NCBI GenBank assembly: GCA_024704765.1
Contig: JAKMXF010000199.1
Span: 558,605-622,604, forward strand
Direction of reading: 5' to 3'
DNA length: 64,000 nt
Origin: Oopsacas minuta
Taxonomy: Eukaryota; Animalia; Porifera
Of the stretch, positions 48,860 through 60,499 are shown one piece after another; position 1 is the stretch's first letter; each line of letters begins with the position of its first letter. The translations under genes and the position numbers were made by a program. The notes under the pieces were generated by a model. That model was not told where the DNA came from and made no database searches. It saw only the letters and a program-made list of their open reading frames with translations.

Positions 48860-49440
48860 CACTCCGGATAAACAGTGGGAATATTCGCAGTTTCTGGTGT
48901 ATGTAATAACGAGACTCTATTGTATGTTTAGATTATTTTCAAATGAAAACTCTATTAATATTTCCTCACAGATAATTCAAATTCATATTTCTAAGGAGTA
49001 ATGGCTGTTCCTATGGTAGTATCTTCTTTCCAACTGATATTTTCCCCAATCTTTCATCCAGTTATGGAGAAATAATCTTGAATGAATTGTTTTGAACCTT
49101 TACAATTGATCCTGTCAGCACACGATCACAAACTGGAAAAGGTACTATAATACATTCGAGTAAGTGTGCATCTTACAATATCATTCGTTCTTCAACATTT
49201 CATTATCTTAGAGTAAACTACAGTATAAACTTTGTTGACCCTACAACTGGTGGACATACACAAAGTATCCAAAATAACTGGGGTAGAACCAAGAAATCTT
49301 TGAAGCGGTTAATGATAATTAAACCCAGACTATTAGATACACACATTGCAGAGGTTTGTTGCAGGAAAAGGAATTGAGATAATGCCTTCGCAAACATAAT
49401 TGCTGAGATTAGAAGTAAATATCCTGTTGTATAAGATGTT
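48860..49440 (+). pseudogene. Merlin/ISXO2-like transposase remnant
   Basis: Manual translation gives GTIIHS...YN and HYLRVNYSINFVDPTTGGHTQSIQNNWGRTKK, matching the ISXO2-like H.TVNHS..FVDP.TG.HT..IE..W motif. Confidence 0.6.
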
Positions 49441-50119
49441 GGCATTCCATTTGTATAATTTCAAACTCAATTTGAGATTATATTACGTTTTATTCATTAA
49501 GAAATCCCAATTTTTGGAAAAATTGCAAACTGATATGTAGCCAACAGAATTGAGTGATAAACATGCTTTCTAGATTTTGTGCACATACCTATGTATTATA
49601 TATTGATTTTGTTGTTATTTAGGCTTCAGTGCTAATTTGAAATTTCTCCATAGACTTTTGCTTTTATAACGGTATTGGAAAAATGAAATTCTCTGACTTT
49701 TTTTGTTTTCAACCGATTTTCAATTTCCTTAGCTCAATCTACTCACCTCAACGAGTTTTATCACCGTCCATTTAGCGATTTTGCACTCTTAATAATTTTT
49801 GGGGATTAAGACAGTGCAATTGTACCAAATTTTCTTCACCATAGGATTTGGCTTATTCTGGAAATTCTTCGTAACTTCATTTGTATTTAAAGATATTCGC
49901 GTTCTAAATTTCTACCTTCATTACTCAACCAGTTCTATAACTTCCAAAACAGCTCTAGAGTCTATTCGAGAAATTTCCTTCCGTCAAATAATGTAGTTGT
50001 ACCGCAGATTTTTGCTGAATTCAATACCAATATTATGTTAGTTTGATATTCATGAATACTGATTTTGGGGTTTTAAACTTGGTATTTAACAGTGTTCATT
50101 TGATGTTTTGACTTTAGAT

Positions 50120-51487
50120 ATGTGGAAGTTTTTCCATTATACCAATTATAGATCTATTCAACGAACTCTTACAAATATCTCATCCTGCTATTATATTCCT
50201 TTTTTGATGCCCCGTTCAGTTCTATCTAAAAGATGTACCCTTCAAATGTTCACATCTAGATACTCCCAACTTATCTCTTCTCAAAATATTTGGACCTCTG
50301 CACTACTAAATGCTGATATTTATACTGTGACAACACCTTCATTTGCTGACTCAATTACTGAAGGAGATGTTAGATGGCGTTGTAATGTTGGTGATAAGGT
50401 TTCCGAGGATGAAATTTTGGGCGAGATTGAAACTGATAAAACAGCTTTACCTATCCACTCCTCACATTCCGGTGTAGTCGAAGTCTTACTTGTTTCTGAT
50501 GGAGACAAGGTTATTGAAGGCCAGGAATTGTTGAAAATTCGTCGACATGACAGCGATACTTTCTCTTCCCCTGCAAATGCTACAACACTCTCTTCAGTTG
50601 GGACAATCTCAACAAACATAGAATCCTCAGATATTGATCCTTTAATTCGGGAAACTGATGTGTCTGAATCTAGAGCACTTATCCCTCCTACAATGCAGAA
50701 TACCCCATTTGATACGATTTCTTCTAGTACTATTGCCCCTGTACCCTCTGCAAACGATAATTCTGCGTTTGGTGTTATTTCTAGCTCACGAAGTGACAGG
50801 AGGGTTAAGATGTCTCGGATGAGACTTAAAATTTCTGAACGGCTCAAAGCTTCGCAAAATACTGCTGCAATGCTCACAACTTTCAATGAAATTGACATGA
50901 GCAATATTGTGTCATTGAGAAATACTTATAAGGATGCATTTCTCAAGAAATATGGTGTCAAACTTGGCATAATGTCCACCTTTTTGAAATCTTCTGCAAT
51001 TGCCCTGAAAGAAATGCCAGTAGTGAATGCTGTAATTGATGGTAGTGATATTGTTTATCGGAATTATATAGATATTTCTGTAGCAATTGCTACCTCTAAT
51101 GGACTTGTTGTTCCCGTTATTAAAGATGTTTCAAATATGAGTTTTTCTGAAATTGAGATTAAGTTAAATTATCTTACCGATCGGGCAGTTAATAAACAAC
51201 TCTCCATTGATGACTTGTATGGTGGTACCTTCACAATATCAAATGGAGGTGTATTTGGTTCACTTTATGGCACTCCTATTATCAATCCACCTCAATCTGC
51301 TATTCTCGGTATGCATGCTATTATTGAAAGGCCTATAGCAATCAATCTTCAACCTGTTGTTCGTCCAATGATGTACGTTGCACTAACATACGATCATCGG
51401 TTGATTGATGGTAGAGAAGCAGTTCTATTTCTGAAGAAAATAAAATCATCAGTTGAAGAACCTTTAGTTATGCTACTTGATATATAA
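50120..51487 (+). CDS. DLST: Mitochondrial dihydrolipoyllysine succinyltransferase (2-oxoglutarate dehydrogenase E2), single-exon ORF of 455 aa from the first ATG
   Basis: Presequence-like N-terminus, lipoyl domain ([12 protein letters not shown]...EIETDKT), [32 protein letters not shown] and the catalytic [12 protein letters not shown]. Confidence 0.96.
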   Translation: MWKFFHYTNYRSIQRTLTNISSCYYIPFLMPRSVLSKRCTLQMFTSRYSQLISSQNIWTSALLNADIYTVTTPSFADSITEGDVRWRCNVGDKVSEDEILGEIETDKTALPIHSSHSGVVEVLLVSDGDKVIEGQELLKIRRHDSDTFSSPANATTLSSVGTISTNIESSDIDPLIRETDVSESRALIPPTMQNTPFDTISSSTIAPVPSANDNSAFGVISSSRSDRRVKMSRMRLKISERLKASQNTAAMLTTFNEIDMSNIVSLRNTYKDAFLKKYGVKLGIMSTFLKSSAIALKEMPVVNAVIDGSDIVYRNYIDISVAIATSNGLVVPVIKDVSNMSFSEIEIKLNYLTDRAVNKQLSIDDLYGGTFTISNGGVFGSLYGTPIINPPQSAILGMHAIIERPIAINLQPVVRPMMYVALTYDHRLIDGREAVLFLKKIKSSVEEPLVMLLDI

Positions 51488-52420
51488 ACTTTTGGTAAAA
51501 TTCAATCATTATTTGTCTTCTAGTAAATCAATTAGAACATATTTATTAAATTAGGTATTTATCCTTCGTGAATAAGGTTTAGAAATTGTGATGAATTTTC
51601 AGCTTCCCACTCTACACTGGGAAATATTTTGCGGTAATGTATTCACATTGTATGAGATAAGGCAATTTTGATTTGAGAATTGTACTCTACGCATGCAAAT
51701 TAACTATTGACGAAGCTTTCAACTTATAGCTACTGATTAGTTTATAAATTACCACCTTTTTCACGTGCAACCATGGTGTGGGATGGTAACAAATTGTACA
51801 TGGTGGCAGATGATTGATATTTATCAACCAAAGAAGCAGCTATTAGTGGTGAAAGGTTATGTAATGGACGTTATAATGTTTAGAATAGGAATTAGATATC
51901 AAAATTTAAATATCACATAAATTAATTCATTACTCCTAAGTATTAGACTTTGTTTAGTAATGTTTTCAATGGATATTTTCTTGTTTAGGATATACGAATA
52001 CTTTTGGATGGGGAGTGTACAGTACAACCTCTATATCTATTGAGAATACCCTGAACTTTTAACGCATAAATCCTTCATAAAATCAGGTTTTATCTTTAGA
52101 TTTTTCCCTTTTTTTGGGAATTTCACTTCCTGGAGACTCAAGGATATAGTTGAAGTAGGATAATTATTTAGTCAAGCGAAATTTTGGTTAGATATTCTCT
52201 TTATAGATAGAGAAAATATTGTAGATTCAAATCCTAGCTTAGAATAGATATTTTATACTGCCCTAATTGTAAAATTTTGCTTTTCATCTGAGAGTCGGGC
52301 AATTTTTCCACCTCAAATTCATATCTGAGTTCCCAAAAAAAGTGTCATACTGGATTTCTACCAAGCTTGGCTGAAGTTTAGTCTATTAGTAGATATTATA
52401 AATATAAAATTACACCCTAT

Positions 52421-52572
52421 GCTGACAGCTTAGTCTATTAATTAAATGTTTAAAAGGTGACACTATTTATTGGAGGCACCGTGAGAGGTTAGTTTTAATC
52501 TCATTACATATAGTGCCTCCAATTACTAGTGCCACTTTTTAGACATTTAATTAATAGACTGGGCCTGTCGGC
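52421..52572. repeat. Hairpin MITE
   Basis: ~55-bp inverted arms (agtctattaattaaatg...ttggaggcac / gtgcctccaa...catttaattaatagact). Confidence 0.65.
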
Positions 52573-55239
52573 ACAGGTTGAAATATTATATTTTACCGAG
52601 CGGAGCGAGAATTTCAAATCCATCAAACAATATATTTACAATTTACTATGATGATCCAGTCCATTTAATGTACAATTTATTTGCAATAATTATCAGATCA
52701 CTAAATACTATTGATAGAAGGGAATACTGGAGAAGATTTCATTGGTACAAATTCAAGAGTGTGAAATTCGGAATCAGCCTATTGAATTACCCCCTTTTAC
52801 TGTCTGGAACAATCTTTGATGAGTCAAAGGTTATATATTCGAGGAAATACTTATCTTTTAAATTATCTATGGTTAATTGTAAAAAATATTTCTTTATATA
52901 TATAATATATATAATTAAAGCTATCGTAGTAATAGATATTCAATGAATCCATATTATATACAGTACTAGTAGTTCCTATTGTTTAACTAATTAATATTGA
53001 ACATCTAAGGACAATAGAAATATTACCGATGACATAGTGCTATATAATTAATATTATTCATTTACTTTCTGCAAAATTTTGTCACCATTCATTTCATATC
53101 TTTGCTAGATACGAGACAATAGATTGGCCAGTGTGAAATAGTGGCACTTGGTGTCCGATTGATTAGTAAAGGGGAGAAGCACACCCGAATAATATTTCTC
53201 ACACCATATATCACCTTAATTCTATACAGTTTTGGCAGCAGAGCTCTTTTCACGGAGAAAAACCATGAAAACATAAAAGAATAAGGCAACCATTTCAATA
53301 CTGGGCCACTATACTAAAGTATAGTCGACACAGTAAAAATATAAATAATGGAGTGGACTTTTGTTATTCCATTTTTGCGACTAGAAATATTTTGGTGTAT
53401 TTAATCTTATGGAAATAGTATAATTTCCCGAGTTTAATAGGACTAATATCCAATTAGTTACAGTAAATCTGATTGTAGATATTCGTTACTGTTGAAATAT
53501 TCAACTTGTGGCGTGATCCAGATCATATTATTTACTCTTGTCAAAACTTTAGAACGTGGGTGTTAGTAAAGGCTTTACCCCCAATTGTCCAATTTATTTT
53601 ATCCGATTCGTGGTATGAAATTTCTACATTTTGACCCGAATAGAAGTATTATTGATAAATATATAACAAATTACACAGCACATATTTCTGAATTATTTTC
53701 AGATCGTTAAGACGTCCTCTCGCTAGATAACAATTTATTCTTCGTATAATTGCATCATCTTTTCAGAACAATATTGGAGGGCAATCTATTTGGTTTAAAA
53801 TATCAAATTTCATCACTATTCGGACAAAATTCACTATTGTTGTTATAAAAAGTGGTTGCTGGGACACTCTTTCTTATTTGACATTATTAAAACACAATCA
53901 ATCTATACTAGGCACTTAGTGCCTAGTATAGCTTAATTGTGACATAATAATTCCACTATTACTTAGTATTTGGTCAAAGTGATGACGCCAAAACATGTGC
54001 CATGTTGATGGGTACATGTAATTCAAATTACATCTAGCATGTATCTTTGTTGAGCGGTGGCTAATATTGTAATTTTCCAAAATCCACAAAGGTAACAATG
54101 ACGTCTTAATTCTTCATAGGTGTGAACTTTTGTCAAAGACTCGGACTTGCCTGAACCAGGCCTATAATACCCCTTATGCAAAATATCACCCCTAGGGTAT
54201 TCTAGTTTCTTCAATCAATTCTGGACATACATATAGGTATATATATATACACACATGCATATACATTTCTATACTATTAAAATCATAAATTGAAGTTGGA
54301 TTCAACGTCAAAATATTTTGATCAGCTGTATTTTAGGCCATCTATTTTTGATGATCTTAGAAATGGTCCATCAGCCTTGTTGATTATAATGACCTTCCTG
54401 GGAAGGTATCTGTAAATTTGGGAGTGTTTCGGATGAGAAATAACTTTAACAATTAATCTCATTATATAATTCGTAATACACCGAAATTAGAGAATTTATC
54501 GATTCTTATACTACAGTTTAGAGTGATCATTTTAGTATTTCACGAAAATATCGATATTGTAGAATCGCCCACATCTCAACTTTTGATTAGCATAAAAATG
54601 AATGAAATTTAGTTGGATTTAGGCTAAGACAAATAAGTTTGAACTGACTCTACTTGTTAAACATGATCCATGAATCATCCCCAGCCTCGACTTAAATGGT
54701 AGGCCTCTAGTTCCGCGAATTGCAATTATATTTCTAATGATATTTTATGTACATAAACGTCCATATCACCAAAGAATGTATAGGGAATTTCAGAATCCAA
54801 ATCGTTTCCCTCAAAACTCTCACCAAAGTAACTTGAAGTACAATTATCCACAAACAAATCATAATGAAGTTTTCAAAACATCGTATTTTCGGTTTGAAAT
54901 AGTCTCACTGGTATCCCTCAATGTGACAAATGTCCTGATGTCATGATTCTGACCAAAAGCTAATTCATCATGGGATTATTTCCTCATCTTGTGTCTACAA
55001 AAATTCATAATTTCTCGAATTTCGAGAATTTTGAGAATTTTATAATACTCTTGAGGCTTGAAGTGCCGAGATAACTGACCAAAGTCCACGTAACAGCACC
55101 ACTATTAGGCCACAAGAGCATTAAATAGAATTTCCTCAAATAATTCGCCTTATGGTACGTAATGCCGAGGATATCTGGTCGTGTAGTGACCAAGGTCTTC
55201 AAGAAATTTTTATGTTTAATACTCTAGCAATTTGAGGTA

Positions 55240-56285
55240 CTGAAGTTGCCCTAGTCGAATAGTCTACTAAGTTTACATTCGTGTATTTGTACACTACATC
55301 AAAGACTTGGATTTCAAGGATGAGTTCCTATTTTGCCATTGCTTACGAAAGGAAAAGATCTCTTCCAACATGTCTCTGATTACTTTGAGATAATTAGACC
55401 ATCCTTGAAGAATGTTCTGCCTGCACAACAAAAGCCTTGATGCCAACCCTAGCCCATTGCCCATGAATATCACGCTTTTCAGAACGCCAAATGTGTAATC
55501 TCACCTAATTTTTGAATCTTGTCTATATATTTTGATGCTGAAATGCCAAATCTCACACCTTTTGTAATGACATCTGACGGCTTAGCGAGATGCCATGTCT
55601 ACATCTATGCAGACGGTGCACTTGATATGCGTGTAATTCTTTTGCGATTTCAAGCTCGAATAAAGAGAGTGAATACCGTTTCGAAACACAATCACTTTAC
55701 GAGAGACATCGGAATGCGTTTGCGTCTTAAACATTTCCATTCAATCTAAAGCTTGTTGTCTGTGATGTTGTTACCATGGTCAATTTCTTCAAGTTCAGTG
55801 CTCTTAATACACGTCTTTCGTCTATTTATGCCTAGAATTTGATAATGAACATGAGAATTTGCTGTTCTATACTGAAATTCGTTTGCCCTCACAAAAGCTC
55901 ATGAACTGGCATAGAAGTTTCGCCTACTTAAAAGATATCTTCACCCATATCAACCTTCTCAACAAGTCCCTAGAAGGTAGGTTTACTCCAGTTATTGATA
56001 ATGTGGACAAAATTCGGCAGTTTAGTATGAAGGTAGTTCTTTGGATAATTTGGAATTTTTGGAAAGCTTCTCAGCAGCATTAGGAAAAGAAAGTACTACA
56101 GATTAGAGTATAGGTGATCTAGTAAAGGGTAATCTCTGCCTTCAACTCTTGATGATTTCTATATTACTTCCCAGATCTGAGCGATTTGGACATGAAAATG
56201 ATTAGAAATCCGTTATATTTCGATATAGGTTTTATGCCTTAAAGAGTATAAGAGGAATTTGTAGAGTTAATAAATAACTCTAATG
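55240..56285 (+). pseudogene. Buster/Charlie-type hAT transposase remnant, continuing at ~58265-58370
   Basis: Fragments DVVTMVNFFK..ALNTRL, LLFYTEIRL and FAYLKDIFTHINLLNKSLEG; after the MULE it continues FETLALMRFWCEII.YP. Confidence 0.7.
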
Positions 56286-56480
56286 GGGGGCGCGGCAATT
56301 GATCGACTGACAACGTTTGCAATTGATCGAATTTTAAGGTTTGCAATTGATCGACTTTAGAATTGATTTATCCTAACCTTGGCTAATATTATTGAGAATA
56401 TAATGATTTAATTAATGAATTGAGAAAAGTTATTGAATGAAATATGACAAACAACAGTAAAATATATTGAAGAGAAAAAA

Positions 56481-56789
56481 TTAAGTAAAAATTTTGAATC
56501 TTTGCTCTATATCGCACCTGCATATTGGACATTGTTCCAAGGATGCACTGCATTCCTCACAACATTTTGCATGCCTACAAGGAAGAAATAGGACTGTTGT
56601 TACTCTCTGAAGTAAGCACACACAACAATACACCTGAATATCATCAGGCTCTTCATCCGACAATGACTCATCTGGGCAATCTCCAAATAGGTTTATTGGG
56701 TTTGTATCCGGGTGGATAGAGCTAGCTATTGCATCCACATTTAGAGTTGGACTATAGTCCCGACACAAGCTTTTCTTTGCATTGAGCAC
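56481..56789 (-). CDS. C3HC4 RING domain (IAP/MIB-like), probably the frameshifted C-terminus of the MULE transposase
   Basis: CCVCLLQRVTTVLFLPCRHAKCCEECSASLEQCPICRCDIEQRFKIFT lies inside the MULE TIRs and overlaps the transposase 3' end in a shifted frame. Confidence 0.8.
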   Translation of the reverse strand: MLNAKKSLCRDYSPTLNVDAIASSIHPDTNPINLFGDCPDESLSDEEPDDIQVYCCVCLLQRVTTVLFLPCRHAKCCEECSASLEQCPICRCDIEQRFKIFT

Positions 56790-58065
56790 GAAACGAATCG
56801 TTTTGGATGTCCTTCAACTTACGACTCCGAGTAATGTTAATACCTTTTGCTAGGCGCTGAATATCTAAATCTGTATCTTGTATCACCTTATTGAGGATTT
56901 CAACAAAAAACCATATACGCGGGTGAGAGACCACGATGTCCTTTTTTAGTCTACAGTGGTAGTTCTCTGCTCCATTATTTGTGACATGTTGGCAGTTAAA
57001 AATAGATAATTCGTTCCTAGGAATAGAAATAATCCATTGACGTCTTAAATACTTCCTAAAAATTGTATATTGATTCATATGAACTTCACTAAGAGGCAAA
57101 TCTCTCACTTCCAGTTGATTGAATACAGATATAATCTGATCTTCAGGAAGGAAAGGAAGAGTCATAAATGATCTAACTAGTTTTTTAAAATCTGCATTAT
57201 TGTGATAAACAGTTGACAGACCTAACTTTTGTATTATCCGCCAAATACATTGAGTATAGTGAAAATGACATCCTCGTAGATGAATACCTTGGAACTCTCT
57301 CTTTACAGCATTTCTAGCCCCCTTCTCCCAATCAGACATTCCATGGATAGGTTTTAGTTGCGGAACAAGTTCGTGTATTCTAGCTAGAACAGCTGTATAG
57401 ATTTCCTCATGCTTGGATGTAAGAAGACAATGGATAACCGGCAGTACATTGCGTCCAAAGCGGGCGAAAATAGTCCACAATTGATAGGCCTGGGATGGTA
57501 CCGTATAAAATGCACCATCAAAATAAATGTGATCCACTTCAGAGAGAGAAATCTTTATCTTATCTGAGAAAAATAGCACACCAGTTTCACAACCTACTTG
57601 TACTTCACCTTTGTAGTATATACTAAAATCAGATGATACAATAAGTTGACAAAATTCAGTAGCACCTTTAGGAATAGGCGGTTCAATTTCTCTTCTTGCT
57701 CGATACATTGCACTCTCTAAAGTTTTGTATGACACATCAATTAAAGAAGGATCATCACGAACAACATCTTTGAACACTTTAGATAACCTTTCATGTGAAG
57801 ATCTCGCCGCAGAAACACATTTAGATTTTAGAACTAAAACTTCAGTATTATAATCAGAAACTAGATGGTTATGGTGTTTTAAAGGATCATTAGTATTGGA
57901 TTCAGAGTTTAACTTTGCAGATCCTTTACACTTTACTTTCTGATGTAAAATACATCGGAGATAGATTACCCCAGGTCTGGCTTTGTGTTGAGAGTATTTA
58001 AAACCATCTGGAGTAGTGAAAATTGTTCCCCTTTTATGTTTATAATTTCCCCAAACGTAGTCCAT
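56752..58065 (-). CDS. MULE transposase (FLYWCH plus DDE), 437 aa
   Basis: GFKYSQ...YLRC...CKG...HNH, YFDGAFY, MSDWEKG...GCHFHYTQC and TNNGAENYH. Confidence 0.88.
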   Translation of the reverse strand: MDYVWGNYKHKRGTIFTTPDGFKYSQHKARPGVIYLRCILHQKVKCKGSAKLNSESNTNDPLKHHNHLVSDYNTEVLVLKSKCVSAARSSHERLSKVFKDVVRDDPSLIDVSYKTLESAMYRARREIEPPIPKGATEFCQLIVSSDFSIYYKGEVQVGCETGVLFFSDKIKISLSEVDHIYFDGAFYTVPSQAYQLWTIFARFGRNVLPVIHCLLTSKHEEIYTAVLARIHELVPQLKPIHGMSDWEKGARNAVKREFQGIHLRGCHFHYTQCIWRIIQKLGLSTVYHNNADFKKLVRSFMTLPFLPEDQIISVFNQLEVRDLPLSEVHMNQYTIFRKYLRRQWIISIPRNELSIFNCQHVTNNGAENYHCRLKKDIVVSHPRIWFFVEILNKVIQDTDLDIQRLAKGINITRSRKLKDIQNDSFRAQCKEKLVSGL

Positions 58066-60499
58066 GTTAAGAATGATAATAAAGTTAGAGATAGGTACGT
58101 ATTCGAATAAGCAATTGGTGAAATGTATACTTATTTATACAATGAAACGTTTCTGAGTATACATTTTACAGTTTCATTTGTTTGGTTTACAATTCATCGA
58201 CAATTGTATTTCGATCAATTGCAAACCTTGGAAAGTCGATCAATTGCAGGCGCTTCCTCTAATGCTCGAGAAAAATTTTGAAACACTCGCACTCATGAGG
58301 TTTTGGTGCGAAATTATCGTGATATATCCAACGTTGCTGATTTAGCAGTAAAAATTATGTAGAATAACCTTAGTAGCAGGGCTCTTATTCTATATCAAAT
58401 TACAATGTAATGTTATTTCACAACATAAAACGATTGTAAATTTAATATTCATAGTGTATCCATTTAAGGGGTACATGAAACATGACATTCTGCTGGAAAG
58501 ATACGCAATCAGAAAAGTTCCCAACATCAAAAGCTCAAATATTTGTGCAATTACGTTTGTTGGTGTCTAATTGGTAATTATTTCAATTGACATCCTGAAT
58601 CTATTCTACATGAATGTCTAAAGTCTAGTATCCATTTCAATTTTAAATAAATATTTATCTGTTAGAAAAATTCTAATTATTGAATCAGTATGTATTCTTT
58701 TCCAGACACGGTATCCTCTATTCGCTTGATATCATAAATACTCGCGCAAATTCTAGTTAGATTTAGGAATATAAACTGATTGATTCTTAAGTATTAAGTA
58801 CTATCCCATTTGGAATTATTGCCAAAATATCTAAATTGAAGAAGTTTTGGTATTTTGACACATGCAGCAATTACAATGTCAACTGATGTCCAGCTGAATA
58901 TTGTTAAATTTAAAAGTTATAATAACACATCAAATCAGTGCACAACTTCAAAATGACTGTTCCTATATCTTTCTTTGCTAGGCAACTGCTGATTCACATA
59001 ACTATACTCATTTTTAGTAAATTATTCTTATGATATTTAACTAAAATATATGTATTATAACAATCCTAAGTTGAATTACTAAATTGTATATTGTATTCAC
59101 GAACTAACACTATGGCTATGTCCTCATTTCCAAAATATTCAACGTGATGTAGTTGAAATCTTGAAAAATAATAAACTCAATATTGCTGACACCGCTGATG
59201 AATTCTAACTATTAAATCTTGAGGAGGAAAATATAAGATGGTCTGTATTTCTTGAGAACCAATCAGCTCAACATCAAAAAATCTATTTAAAGTACTTACT
59301 AACTGAATAGTGAATGGTGGAATTGCGAGATCCCATGGAAACAAGTATCCTCAAATACCTTCCCGTTCTTCTATAGATTTGACATCAACATCAACATCTA
59401 ATACTACCCTCTATTTTAGAACAGATAAGAGAAATAGCTGTTTTGAAGGTCCTACCTCTGTAGATTTTGGGGTTCTAGTTTACAACACCTAGCCAATGAG
59501 GAAGATAATCGCAAGATTGCTAGAGTTCCAAATATATTATATCAAAGTCCTTTAGTTTTACTGACCGATACACGAACTATGTATCCGTTGATAAGGTGTT
59601 ATTTCTACTTGATTTGCTTAATATTGGTAGAAAAAAATAGCTCCAGTTTCGCCAAACGCTATTACTAGATAATATCAGTGTTCCATCTCATAGTAGCGTT
59701 GTAGAACTGAGAGATGTATTGATTTCACGGAATTCAATACAGCTATATCTAAGTCCTCACCACCGATTGAGATACACACAGGCCCGCATTAAGGGTCATC
59801 TTGGCCCTGGTGCTGTCCAAGATTTAGGACCCCATATGTCTTACATCGAATCGACCCCACAGTTTTTAGAATCAAATTAGCCCACAATACAGAATCTTAT
59901 GTAAAACACACACAACAGAAATACTATAGACATAGGCTAGTTGCGTTACTTATTCTTTGCGAATTCATCAATCACATTACGGAAATCATGCTTGCGCAAC
60001 ATCTTATGCTCTGTGCTATAGGGGGAGGCAAGACCAGACCTTGTCGGCCCATGGTCGATCGTAATTGGTCCTTGATTCGAGCCAGCTTTGAAAATGAGCC
60101 CTCACCTTCACAGTTTGTAATCATCATACAGAGGTAGATAAGAAAAATTGTAGACCTTCGGAAATGTCTGATGTAGGAATATTTCTGTGAGCAAAGGGAA
60201 ATAACACAGCTCGTAGCTAATTTTAACTTCTGCTTCGTTAGAAGCTAAGGCCTGCAGACCCTGCAATTATTTAACAAAACTAACGAACTGAATTAGCTCA
60301 ACAGAAAGATCTTCCTCCAAATCTTCTGGGTATTCGCGAAAAAGCCGTTCAGTTGCAACTGTGATATCACCACTTGAAGACGTATGGAGGTTGCTGCGGA
60401 AGCTGTTGTTGGCTCAGATTGCTTCGTAGGCATTCAGCCGATGCTGCAGGGTACTTAGTGCAGCCTCCAGGGTATCAAATTTTCGTAACCCAATCCATA

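Larger units (their letters stand above)
56286..58256 (-). mobile_element. MULE (Mutator-like) element
   Basis: TIRs built of repeated GCAATTGATCGA units, with 8-bp TSD CTCTAATG at 56278-56285 and 58257-58264. Confidence 0.9.

Noticed and set aside
50320-50904. 194-aa antisense ORF
   Set aside because: It is a shadow of DLST.
52578-54214. Short ORFs downstream of DLST
   Set aside because: No recognisable domains; AT-rich and probably non-coding.
59100-59320. LWLCPHFQNIQ peptide resembling a LINE C-terminal zinc motif
   Set aside because: Too short, and no RT or endonuclease motifs nearby.
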